Below, in pieces: positions 18,678 through 27,842 of a stretch of 64,000 nt of DNA (its first letter is position 1; each line of letters begins with the position of its first letter). The notes under the pieces are model-generated. The model had not been told where the DNA came from. It made no database searches and was given only the letters and a program-made list of their open reading frames with translations. Made by a program: the position numbers and the translations under genes. Origin of the DNA: an uncultured Christensenella sp. (GTDB lineage Bacteria; Bacillota; Clostridia; Christensenellales; UBA3700); contig CASERZ010000005.1 in the NCBI GenBank assembly GCA_949290515.1, positions 101,856-165,855 on the forward strand, in the 5' to 3' direction.

Positions 18678-19760
18678 TTATATTTTGCAGTTTTTTGCTA
18701 TTTTTATCATTTCGTCGCTGGCATTTTCCATACATTCAACAAGTTTGAACTGGGTATGGCACCTGACGAGATTGTGCTCGGGATAAGCCGTTTTGAAGTA
18801 AACGTCTCCGTCGAGGTAGTCGGTAAGGAATCTCGTACCGCACTCGAGCGTCATCATAATCGAGCCTATGTGGAGCATATCTTTTTCTTTTTGCGTAATT
18901 TTGTCACCTATACCTCTCAAGAAGCCTGTGCAGTAAGCCTTGTAAAGCTCTTTGTCAAAAGAAACTTTAGACAAATCTTTCTCGTCCTCGAGGGCAGTAT
19001 TGCAACCGAAGCGTACGGAATCGCCGAAGTCATACAAAAGACTTCCGGGCATAATAGTATCGAGGTCTATTATGCAAATTGCTTTGTCTGTGGATTTGTC
19101 GATAAGCACGTTGTTGAGTTTTGTGTCGTTGTGCGTAACTCTCAAAGGAATTTCTCCTTTGGCAAGTGCATCGACTATGGTATGCATAAAGTCTTTGCGG
19201 GCTTTTACAAACTCAATTTCCTTGAGTACGTTGTCACGGCGTCCGCTCTTGTTGTTTTCCACAGCCTTAAGGAATTTTTCGTATCTGTCCACGGTGTTGT
19301 GGAAGTCGGGAATAACTTCGCAAAGCGTCGAAGCGTCAAAGCCGTCGAGACGCGCGATGAATTTACCGAAAGCCTCTCCCGTATTTTCGAAAATTTCGGG
19401 GGAGTCGATAAGCTGATATACTTTGGAATCCTTTACGAACAAGTATGCGCGCCAGCAGTCCTCGCCGATAACCTCATAGGGTTTACCGTCGCGTGTATAA
19501 ACAAGAGTGAGACACTCTCTTAAGACGTCACCGCCGTCTTTGCTGATTATATCCGCAAGATAAGCCGAAACTTTTCGGATATTGTCCATAAGTCCGGCAT
19601 AGTTGTGGAAAATTTTCGTATTGAGTCTTTGAAGGATATAAGAAGTATCCTTGTCGGTAACGACCAAAAAAGTATCGTTGATGTGTCCGTCTCCGTAGGG
19701 AGAAACAGAAAGGACTTTGCCTTCGAAAGCAAAAAGTTCTGCGATTTGAATTGTAGTCAT
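18678..19760 (-). CDS. nahK: N-acetylhexosamine 1-kinase (NahK/LnpB-like phosphotransferase)
   Basis: Long near-identical blocks to the bifidobacterial NahK sequence as I remember it: PYGDGHIN, IPLRVTHNDTKLNN, IDLDTIMPGS..DFGDS.RFG..TALEDEKDLSKV, YPEHNLVR. Confidence 0.8.
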   Translation of the reverse strand: MTTIQIAELFAFEGKVLSVSPYGDGHINDTFLVVTDKDTSYILQRLNTKIFHNYAGLMDNIRKVSAYLADIISKDGGDVLRECLTLVYTRDGKPYEVIGEDCWRAYLFVKDSKVYQLIDSPEIFENTGEAFGKFIARLDGFDASTLCEVIPDFHNTVDRYEKFLKAVENNKSGRRDNVLKEIEFVKARKDFMHTIVDALAKGEIPLRVTHNDTKLNNVLIDKSTDKAICIIDLDTIMPGSLLYDFGDSVRFGCNTALEDEKDLSKVSFDKELYKAYCTGFLRGIGDKITQKEKDMLHIGSIMMTLECGTRFLTDYLDGDVYFKTAYPEHNLVRCHTQFKLVECMENASDEMIKIAKNCKI

Positions 19761-19977
19761 ACAGACCCCTTTTATAGAAATTTAAATTGATAAATCTCTA
19801 ATACGTATATAAAGATTAATACACGCGTATGCGCGCACTTTACACATAAATTGAGATTTGTACGGCTCAAACGGGATTGTACCGTACAAATCCCAATCGT
19901 ATGCCCGTTTCGTCATATGACTAAACGGGTTTATGTAAAACACCCTGTGTATCAGCGTGAAGGTATATACGCAAATA

Positions 19978-20004
19978 CAGCGTACGCACGTGGTGCGTAC
20001 GCTG
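19978..20004 (-). terminator. Probable terminator of the lipoprotein gene
   Basis: 12-bp stem CAGCGTACGCAC-GTG-GTGCGTACGCTG right after the stop at 20016. The T-run is weak. Confidence 0.5.
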
Positions 20005-20015
20005 TAAGGTATAGA

Positions 20016-21425
20016 TTAATCGAAAATAGATTCGAACAAAGCAGCCATCTCGTTTACTTTAGGCTCGTAAGTAGCAAAGGTAGGATAAGAGGAGAGGTCG
20101 AGTACCATATCCTTGGTTACCTTATATCCCCTGCCGAAGTAAGACTCGTTGCCGAGTTCGGGCCAGTAGAGAGCAGCGTATCTGTTAACGTCCGTGCAGT
20201 CGTCGGTGTAACCGAATGCGAAGATAGCTTCGTTCTTCGTAGCGCCGCCTTGGCAGTTGCCGGAGATAACTACGAGGTCGCACTTCTCTTTGGAACCGAG
20301 AGATTCAATCTTCTGAATGGATTTGATGATGCCGTTGCCGTATACTTCGATTACGTTGGTGCACTCGGTGTACTTAGCGTTCTTGAGAGCGATGTAATCC
20401 TTGGTATCCTTAATCAAAGAACCCTTAGCGTAGATACAAGCGTCGTCAACGTACTTCTCTGCTACTACGATGTTGAGTCTGTAGATATCGTTTTTAGCGT
20501 CATAGCTTACGGAAGTAGCGTCGTCGAGCCAGCTAGCTTCACTGAAGTTGTAAGTAGCGAAGCCTGCGCCGAAGCTGCCGAGATAGTACTTGGTGCCTGC
20601 TACGGTCAACTCACCGGTAGTGGTGCCGTTGAGGGGAGACCAAGCGTAAGGTCTTTCGTGCTGTTCGGGCTGTTCGATTTCGACGTCGGAGCCGCCTTGA
20701 TTTTCCTCTTCAAGAGTAGCCTTATCTTTGATATAGAAAGCTTTCGGGTCGTTGCCCTTCTTGTCGTTGTATCTCGTGGGGAAGTCGTTCTGAGCACCCA
20801 TTATGTACTTGAGAACGTCGGGGTTGCTGTTTCCGTAGAAGTTAGCACCGCCGTTGGAAGCTCTTCTGAAAGCATAGAAGTCTTCGTTGTCAAAGCTTTG
20901 GATGTTGTATCCGAACAAACCTCTGATGCTGTCGCCGAGAGGGCCGAAGCCTTCGAGAGCGGTAACACCGGAAACGGTCTGAGAGAAAGAGCCGTTTTTA
21001 CCCGTAAAGGTAGAGAAGGTACTTCTGATGTTAACGTGTACGTCGTTGCTGAGCGAAGTGTCGTAAGCGTCAACGGAAGCGTCGGTTTTTACGAGGTAAG
21101 CGTACTGAGTAAGGTTGTTGTAGTTGGTAACTGCGAGAGCGTAAATACCAGCTGCGATTTCCTTAGGGTTACCGTTCAAAGTCCAACCCGTAGTGTCCAG
21201 CATTTCCTGAACGGAAACGATTTTTTCACCCTCTTTGGTGATGGACGCCAAAGTTTCAGCGTCGAGGTTCTTCTGGAAGTCGCTTACGAAGAATACTTCG
21301 AGAGGAGTATCGTCGGCTACGGGCTTTTTACAAGCGAGAAGCGAAGTCGCGAGAACGCTGACGATTAAAATAACGGCGATAGCGCAAATCGTTATTTTAA
21401 CTTTTTTCGATTTCAAAGTTTTCAT
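20016..21425 (-). CDS. Lipoprotein, unknown function
   Basis: Signal peptide with lipobox LLAC. 469 aa with no motif I recognise. Confidence 0.7.
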   Translation of the reverse strand: MKTLKSKKVKITICAIAVILIVSVLATSLLACKKPVADDTPLEVFFVSDFQKNLDAETLASITKEGEKIVSVQEMLDTTGWTLNGNPKEIAAGIYALAVTNYNNLTQYAYLVKTDASVDAYDTSLSNDVHVNIRSTFSTFTGKNGSFSQTVSGVTALEGFGPLGDSIRGLFGYNIQSFDNEDFYAFRRASNGGANFYGNSNPDVLKYIMGAQNDFPTRYNDKKGNDPKAFYIKDKATLEEENQGGSDVEIEQPEQHERPYAWSPLNGTTTGELTVAGTKYYLGSFGAGFATYNFSEASWLDDATSVSYDAKNDIYRLNIVVAEKYVDDACIYAKGSLIKDTKDYIALKNAKYTECTNVIEVYGNGIIKSIQKIESLGSKEKCDLVVISGNCQGGATKNEAIFAFGYTDDCTDVNRYAALYWPELGNESYFGRGYKVTKDMVLDLSSYPTFATYEPKVNEMAALFESIFD

Positions 21426-21679
21426 AATTCACCTCATTATATTTTTTAGTTTAAGTATATTATATTATATTTGCTTCGCTTTGTAAAGAAAGAATTTTAT
21501 TTTTTACAAAAAAGACATATTTTGTTGAATTTAACCTAAAAACACTGTGATAAATTAATTAAAGATGCCTAATATTTCACAACTTCTTTACATTCGCGGT
21601 GCTTATGCGTATTGACATAAAACGACGTAGATTATATAATGAAAGCGTCAAAATAGCGTTATGCGCTGAAGGAGATTTT

Positions 21680-22852
21680 ATGGCAATCACATTTATCAAC
21701 GCTAGGGTATATTCGCAAGGAAGAATAACCACAGCCAATCTTACCGTCGAAGAGGGCATTATCACCGCCATAGGCAAACAGGTCAAAGGCGAAACGGTAG
21801 ACCTCAACGGCAAACTCTGTACGGCAGGCTTCATAGACGTGCATACGCACGGCGGCTGGGGCAAAGACTGTATGGAGGATACTTTCGAAGCAATCGACAC
21901 CATTTCCGCTTACCATCTTTCCACGGGTACTACTACATACGTCCCTACGACTATGACGGCTTCTCCCGAGGATATCAACAAAGCGGTAGACAATATAAGA
22001 CGTTACAAATCGCCTTATGCGCGCATAGCGGGCATACATCTGGAGGGACCTTATCTCGCTCAAAAGAGCGCGGGGGCGCATCCGCCTCACCTTCTTATAC
22101 CTCCCTCAAAGGATTCGTCCTTTGTATGGAACAATGCCGACATAGTAAAAAGAGTTACGCTTGCGCCCAATCTCGACGGAGCGGCAGAATTTTGCGCTAA
22201 GGCCGTAAAAGAGGGCATACAGGTTTCGTTGGGACACGATGACAGTATCGACGACGAAATATACGCTTGCCTCGACAACGGAGCGGACAGCGTAACGCAT
22301 ATGTACAACTGCACTTCGCGTCCCTCAAGACGCACTACTCCCAAAAAACATCTGGGACTTACCGAAGTGGGACTTATCGACGAAAGGATTACCGCCGAAG
22401 TCATTGCCGACGACAGACACGTGCCCAACGCGCTTTTTAAGATGATTTACAAGCTCAAAGGCAGTGAAAAGATATGTCTCGTATCAGATTCGCTGAGCGT
22501 TGCGGGAATGCCCGAGGGGGATTATTACCTCGGAAGCGGAGAAAGCAAACAGAAAATACGCATAGACGACGGCGTGGCAATTCTTCCCGAACTGAATACT
22601 TATGCGGGGTCTGTAACTCCCATAGGGAAAATGGCGCAAAATCTCTTAAAGTGCGGTATACCTATGGGTGAATGTATAGATATGTGTACTTTGATTCCCG
22701 CCAGACTGCTTAGACTTAAGGACGTAGGCGTACTCGCCGTAGGCAAGAAGGCTGATATCAACGTGCTTGACGACGAATTGAATATTCTCGATACGTATCT
22801 TGGCGGAGAGAGAGTTGACAAAGAGTCACTGAGACAGCGTTACGTCAAATAA
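21680..22852 (+). CDS. nagA: N-acetylglucosamine-6-phosphate deacetylase
   Basis: GFIDVHTHGG, GIHLEGPY, HMYN and amidohydrolase layout. ATG behind GGAGA. Confidence 0.9.
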   Translation: MAITFINARVYSQGRITTANLTVEEGIITAIGKQVKGETVDLNGKLCTAGFIDVHTHGGWGKDCMEDTFEAIDTISAYHLSTGTTTYVPTTMTASPEDINKAVDNIRRYKSPYARIAGIHLEGPYLAQKSAGAHPPHLLIPPSKDSSFVWNNADIVKRVTLAPNLDGAAEFCAKAVKEGIQVSLGHDDSIDDEIYACLDNGADSVTHMYNCTSRPSRRTTPKKHLGLTEVGLIDERITAEVIADDRHVPNALFKMIYKLKGSEKICLVSDSLSVAGMPEGDYYLGSGESKQKIRIDDGVAILPELNTYAGSVTPIGKMAQNLLKCGIPMGECIDMCTLIPARLLRLKDVGVLAVGKKADINVLDDELNILDTYLGGERVDKESLRQRYVK

Positions 22853-22961
22853 CGTCGCGCAATATTTTTGAAAGGATACGGGCCGCCGCAATACCGCGAC
22901 GGCTATATTCCGAAATACGTCGCGGCATGGGAATTTTTTAAATCCGCGAAAAGGAGTGTTT

Positions 22962-23948
22962 ATGAAGGGACCGAAAAAGAGCAAAAAAACTTTTTACAAT
23001 ACCTCAAAGCTTGCAAAATTAATATTCGACTTCGATGACAACGCCAAAAGTTTCATTACCAACAAATACAAGAGCAGCAACAAGATTCTCGTACAGGAGG
23101 ATATCGTCTATCACGCGTCGGAAGCGGACGTTTGCAAACTGGATATCTTCTCTCCGGAGCTTGTAGTGGCTACCAAAATGCCCGTGATGATAAACGTACA
23201 CGGCGGCGGTTGGGTTACGGGCGACAAGAAGTGGAGAGCTGCACAAGGACAGCTTTTTGCAGATATGGGTATGAAAGTCATCAATCTCAATTACGGTCTT
23301 TGCCCCGAATATACTTACGACAAGTCCGTCAAGCACATATTGCTTGCGCTCAGATGGCTGGAGGACAATGCGGAGCAGTACGATATAGACCTCGACAACG
23401 TATTTATAATGGGCGATTCGGCGGGCGGACAGATAGCTTGTCAGATTTGCGCGGTATTGCACAACAAACAATTCTGGGAAAGACTGGGGCTGGAGCCTGT
23501 AAAATATTCGCTGAAAGGCGCGCTGTTGCTGTGCGGAGCGTACGATTTTGCCGAGCTGTATTCCGCACCTATAGCCAGAGACATTATAGCGGATATGACG
23601 GGCGTCGAATACGATAAAATAGAAGAATACAAATACAACGATATGCTCTATACGCTTCCTTGGATAAACGAAGATTTTCCCGAAAAAGTATTTATAGCAT
23701 ACGGCAAAAACGACGTATTTGTGGGCAAACACCACATACCTTTGCTTGCGCGGCTTGACGAGCTGGGTAAGGACTACGTGGAGTATTGCGGAAAATTCCC
23801 CGGCATTCACTGTTTTCATCTCTTTTACAAGACAGCCGAATCCAAAGCTATGTATACCGAAGTCAAGAAATATCTTATGGATAGAGTGAGAGGAGTACGG
23901 GCGACTTATTTTAATCAGTATACGGGACTGAGCGAATTGAACGATTAA
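22962..23948 (+). CDS. Alpha/beta hydrolase (esterase/lipase, HSL-like)
   Basis: HGGGW oxyanion motif and GDSAGG nucleophile elbow. Confidence 0.75.
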   Translation: MKGPKKSKKTFYNTSKLAKLIFDFDDNAKSFITNKYKSSNKILVQEDIVYHASEADVCKLDIFSPELVVATKMPVMINVHGGGWVTGDKKWRAAQGQLFADMGMKVINLNYGLCPEYTYDKSVKHILLALRWLEDNAEQYDIDLDNVFIMGDSAGGQIACQICAVLHNKQFWERLGLEPVKYSLKGALLLCGAYDFAELYSAPIARDIIADMTGVEYDKIEEYKYNDMLYTLPWINEDFPEKVFIAYGKNDVFVGKHHIPLLARLDELGKDYVEYCGKFPGIHCFHLFYKTAESKAMYTEVKKYLMDRVRGVRATYFNQYTGLSELND

Positions 23949-23956
23949 GTAAACGG

Positions 23957-23988
23957 AAAAGGGAAACCGGTTGCGGTTTCCCTTTTTG
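23957..23988. terminator. Bidirectional-looking terminator between convergent genes
   Basis: AAAA-GGGAAACCG-GTTG-CGGTTTCCC-TTTTT. Confidence 0.75.
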
Positions 23989-24015
23989 ATTTGAAAGGTT
24001 GAGAATCTTATACAG

Positions 24016-25074
24016 TTATTTGAGATTGCCGTCTATGACGATATCGACAGTCAGCTTATCCAGATATTCCGCCTCGTTAGCGAGCGGATTTTTGAAAGCG
24101 TAGCAGTATTGCCCGAGATAGAATATATCCAGATTTTGCGCTTTGCAGTCTTCGTAGCATTTGTTTATATATCCTTTCAGCGTAGCGTCTATGTCTTCGA
24201 GGCACTTGGTTTCGTCTATTGAGTCGGGGACGTTGGAGGTATCTCTCAAAGAGACGTAGACGGTAATTTTCGCGCTGTCGTTTTTGACAGATATATTTGA
24301 AAAAGACTGCACGATATCCGCTTCTCCCGTAATGTCGGCATAGCGGTATGTCAGCGAGCCGTTGGAGAGAGAAGTCGCGACTAGGCTAAGGCCTTTGGTG
24401 GCGTCCTCGTCGAGTATTAGTCCCTTTTGTCCGTCTGTAGCGTACATTTTCGTTAAGCCCAGATAACTGTTTTCGCCTTGTTTTTCAAGCGTAACGTAAG
24501 GTATATAGATACAGCCGCCTATTCGGTATCTCAGCATAAAATAGTCCTTGATACTCACGGGCACCACGCCGAAGTCGGCGGCAACGGTACGCAACACCTG
24601 TCCCAGATAATATCCGCTGCCTATTCCGTTGGAGAGTTTCGCAGACATCAATTCGTCGGGTTTATCACCCGAGGTAACAAGCATTGTGTTATATGTTACG
24701 ACCTGATTTTCAAGCAGATATCTCAAGGCTTCGTCTTTATCCTCGAGAAGTATATCCTGACTGATTACTATGACCATAGTATGAGCGAGGGATACGGTCG
24801 CGCCCACGTTGTAATTCATTGTTTCGAGTATATCGCTTACCGAGTCGCCTTCCTGATAGAAGTTGAGGTATTCCTGCTTATTGTTTTTATCGGTTTTAAG
24901 GAGTTGTATACCCAGATTGTACCGCTCGTTTTGTCCCTTGTCCAGCGACATAGCAAGCACGATTGCGCGCGTTGAAATACTCTTCTGGTCGTCGAGTAAA
25001 TCGAAGGTTACAAGAAGGGCGATGATGACGAGTATAACAATCCATTTTTTATTTACAAAAGGTTTCTTTTTCAT
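24016..25074 (-). CDS. Spore germination protein, Ger(x)C family
   Basis: Third gene of a gerA-type operon, of typical size, with an IVLAMSLDKG-type block. The N-terminus is a TM helix without a lipobox Cys. Confidence 0.7.
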   Translation of the reverse strand: MKKKPFVNKKWIVILVIIALLVTFDLLDDQKSISTRAIVLAMSLDKGQNERYNLGIQLLKTDKNNKQEYLNFYQEGDSVSDILETMNYNVGATVSLAHTMVIVISQDILLEDKDEALRYLLENQVVTYNTMLVTSGDKPDELMSAKLSNGIGSGYYLGQVLRTVAADFGVVPVSIKDYFMLRYRIGGCIYIPYVTLEKQGENSYLGLTKMYATDGQKGLILDEDATKGLSLVATSLSNGSLTYRYADITGEADIVQSFSNISVKNDSAKITVYVSLRDTSNVPDSIDETKCLEDIDATLKGYINKCYEDCKAQNLDIFYLGQYCYAFKNPLANEAEYLDKLTVDIVIDGNLK

Positions 25075-26216
25075 TCTTCACCTTGAGAGGGGGGAGAGAT
25101 TTGTTTGAGTGCGGGAGTCTCTGGAGAGGGCAAGGCTTTCGGTTTGTTTGTTTTTTTATATTTGACGTGTACTAAAATATACAGTGCAATAACGGCGATA
25201 AAATCCGTAAAATACACAAAGTATCTGAGCGCGCCCGTTGCTATCGAATAGCCTGTTTTGAGATTGCCTATTCCGTATACTATGAGGAGATAGGCGGTCA
25301 AAGCGCATACCGCGCTGAGCCACCACTTTTCTCCGAAAAAGATTTTCAGACATTCCTTGCAGGCATAGAGCAAAAGCGAAAGCCTTATGGTGCACATAAT
25401 CACCCAACTACATACCGTAGGCAAATCCATAGAGCCTATCATAAAAGCTATTTTGTTGAGCGAGGATACGTTAAGAAAAGCGTTGCCTACGATTGCGCCG
25501 CTGTCACCGAATACGCATACGAATATTACCATCAGTCCCACCGCGCAAACGAAAGTGCCGACTATTGCGAGAACAGTCCAGACGGCAAGGCGTTTTCCTT
25601 TGGCATTCGGTGATTTTGAGACGGACAGAAAGAGCAGGCACGAATAGTCTCCGAACCACACGAGATACTTGTCGCAGGCTACGGCAATATCGGTAGAAAA
25701 GTCCAGAGGAAGCAGGTTGACAAACTGCAAATCCGTCTTTGCGAATACTACGTGGAAGGCAAAAGACAGAGCCATAAGCCAAAAGAAAATCTGAGCCGTA
25801 CGGGCAATGACTTTGCCGCCTTTATATGCAAGATAACAGCATACGAGCATAAGCGCAAGACACACGTATGACCAGCGCACGTTGTCGTAAATCGAAGTGG
25901 ATACGTATGACACGCCTTCGCTTCCCAAAAGCGCGCATTTTGCCATAGACGTAACAAAGAGAAGGAGGGCAAGCACGTATTTTATGCCTTTTGGCAAGTC
26001 AAGACGCGGCAGGGAGCCGTAACTGATTATGCCGTATACGAGCGCGCACATCATTATCTCTATGCTTATCATAACCGTCATAGCTATATACGCTTCGTTG
26101 CCCGCCTCAGACACGAGATACTGCGCGAGCATTACGACCTTAAAAGTCATAATAGAGATAAAAGCCAGCAATAGAAACTGTTCGGGATAAATTATGTCGT
26201 TGAGTTTGTTGTTCAT
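25071..26216 (-). CDS. Spore germination permease, GerAB family
   Basis: About 10 TM helices and APC-like permease character. ATG at 26216 lies 2 nt after the gerAA stop codon. The listed longer ORF overlaps gerAA. Confidence 0.75.
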   Translation of the reverse strand: MNNKLNDIIYPEQFLLLAFISIMTFKVVMLAQYLVSEAGNEAYIAMTVMISIEIMMCALVYGIISYGSLPRLDLPKGIKYVLALLLFVTSMAKCALLGSEGVSYVSTSIYDNVRWSYVCLALMLVCCYLAYKGGKVIARTAQIFFWLMALSFAFHVVFAKTDLQFVNLLPLDFSTDIAVACDKYLVWFGDYSCLLFLSVSKSPNAKGKRLAVWTVLAIVGTFVCAVGLMVIFVCVFGDSGAIVGNAFLNVSSLNKIAFMIGSMDLPTVCSWVIMCTIRLSLLLYACKECLKIFFGEKWWLSAVCALTAYLLIVYGIGNLKTGYSIATGALRYFVYFTDFIAVIALYILVHVKYKKTNKPKALPSPETPALKQISPPSQGEE

Positions 26217-26218
26217 AC

Positions 26219-27703
26219 TTATTTGTCTTCCTCGTCTTGTCGGGCTTGCTTGTGCGCGGGGCGTTGGCGCGTACGGTTTTGCGTAGGCAAAGACAAGGGT
26301 CTTTCTTCGAATTCTTCTATCTGAGCTTTGAATACTCCGTCCTGCCAGTCGTGAAGAAGCGCGGGGGCGTACGGAGACATAAACGAAGTGCCGTAACTGT
26401 TGACAGAACACACATAAGCAATCAGTGCGACAACCGCGAGAATTACGCCTACTATACCCAGTACTCCCGCTATTCCCACAAAGACAAACCGCAGTATGTT
26501 TGAAGAATTTATCTCGTCAGGCACGCAATATATGCCTACCGTCGATACCGCTACGATAATTACCGCCGATATGGAAAACAGTCCCGCGCTGACGGCCGCT
26601 TCTCCCAACACTATCGCGCCTACTACCGAAAGAGCCATACTCACGTATCGCGGCATACGGATTGACGTTTCGTTGAGAATCTCGAATATTGCCATAATGA
26701 GCAGCATCTCGAGTGTTGCCGATAGGGGTATCGCATAAATCGACCCTAAAGACGACAGCAGGAATTTTAAGGGAAAGAGCTGATACTGGTGTTCCTGAAG
26801 CGCGACGTAGACGGCGGGCAGCAACAGCGAAAAACTGAATGCAAAAAGCCTTACGAAACGCAGCATACTTGCGCGGTAACTCTTGATATAATAGTCCTCG
26901 CTCATCTGAAAGTTTTCGTAGAGCAAAAAGGGAAGCGTGAGTACCGAGGGTGAGCCGTCCACGATAATGGCAACTCTTCCTTCGAGCATTTTGCCCACTA
27001 CTATATCGGGCTTTTCGCTCGAGCCTACCTGAGAGAAAAGCGAAAGTTTGTTTTTCTCGAGAAAACGGGCTATATAAGACGATTCGACAATGCCGTCGAT
27101 ATCTATGCTTTTTATCTGACGTTTGATACGGTCGACTGTACGTTTTTCGGCAATACCGTCGATAAAGCAGACGGCAATTTTCGTCCTTGTATATCTTCCC
27201 GCGTCGAGAAGTTCGAAAGTCAGTTTGGGCGTGGCAAGCCGACGGCGAATGAGAAACATATTTGTCTTGAGGTCTTCGACAAATCCCTCGCGCGGACCTC
27301 TGAGTACCGTAGACACGGGAGGTTCGGATATCGCGCGCTGAGTATATTTTTTCTCGCTGTATTTGAACATAACGGGAGAATTTTCGGCTACGAGAATAAT
27401 CTCTCCCGAAGCGATAAGCTCTACAGCCTTTTCAACCTCGTCGATTTGTTCGACGGGAGTAGTCATCATAGTTGTTTCGTTGAGAAGGGAAAGCGTAACC
27501 TCTTTTGTTCCTTCGAGGTTTTTGAGAGGCTTTAATATGTTTTCTTCAAAAAGAAGCGTATCTATATATCCGTCGATATACAGAAATTTGCTTTTGAGCT
27601 CTCCTATATTCAAATCAATCGTGCGCAAGTCGCACGTAGTTCCGAAAGCGGATACGATATCGTCGCAAGTTTTCTGAAAATCCATAGTATTTGATTTTTG
27701 CAC
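26219..27703 (-). CDS. Spore germination protein, GerAA family
   Basis: Soluble N-domain followed by a C-terminal TM bundle. EPPVSTVLRGPREGFVE and RSY..MLRF blocks are typical of GerAA/KA. Confidence 0.85.
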   Translation of the reverse strand: MQKSNTMDFQKTCDDIVSAFGTTCDLRTIDLNIGELKSKFLYIDGYIDTLLFEENILKPLKNLEGTKEVTLSLLNETTMMTTPVEQIDEVEKAVELIASGEIILVAENSPVMFKYSEKKYTQRAISEPPVSTVLRGPREGFVEDLKTNMFLIRRRLATPKLTFELLDAGRYTRTKIAVCFIDGIAEKRTVDRIKRQIKSIDIDGIVESSYIARFLEKNKLSLFSQVGSSEKPDIVVGKMLEGRVAIIVDGSPSVLTLPFLLYENFQMSEDYYIKSYRASMLRFVRLFAFSFSLLLPAVYVALQEHQYQLFPLKFLLSSLGSIYAIPLSATLEMLLIMAIFEILNETSIRMPRYVSMALSVVGAIVLGEAAVSAGLFSISAVIIVAVSTVGIYCVPDEINSSNILRFVFVGIAGVLGIVGVILAVVALIAYVCSVNSYGTSFMSPYAPALLHDWQDGVFKAQIEEFEERPLSLPTQNRTRQRPAHKQARQDEEDK

Positions 27704-27769
27704 TTTGAATATTTTTTATACAGCAATCGCGCCTTTTATACACAATCGCGCGATTGCAACGTGCAGTAT

Positions 27770-27796
27770 AAAAAAAGGCACGCAGTTTGCGTGCCT
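27770..27796 (-). terminator. Terminator of the beta-mannosidase gene
   Basis: On the minus strand: AGGCACGC-AAACT-GCGTGCCT followed by TTTTTT. Confidence 0.75.
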
Positions 27797-27842
27797 CGGC
27801 GTTTTGCCTTTAAATAATCCGATATATGTTTTCCGTCTGCGC

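Noticed and set aside
15592-18786. Very long + strand ORFs (542 and 513 aa) opposite capD and galE.
   Set aside because: They are antisense shadow frames of clearly identifiable genes. Their products are low-complexity F/V/Y/H-rich sequences with no RBS or motifs. The same pattern is seen at 10349-11572 opposite pgk and at 19851-21368 opposite the lipoprotein gene.
26217-26411. Listed longer version of the gerAB ORF (start at 26411).
   Set aside because: It would overlap the 3' end of gerAA by about 190 nt and encodes an Arg/Pro-rich non-membrane sequence. The ATG at 26216 sits 2 nt after the gerAA stop codon and starts the hydrophobic permease.
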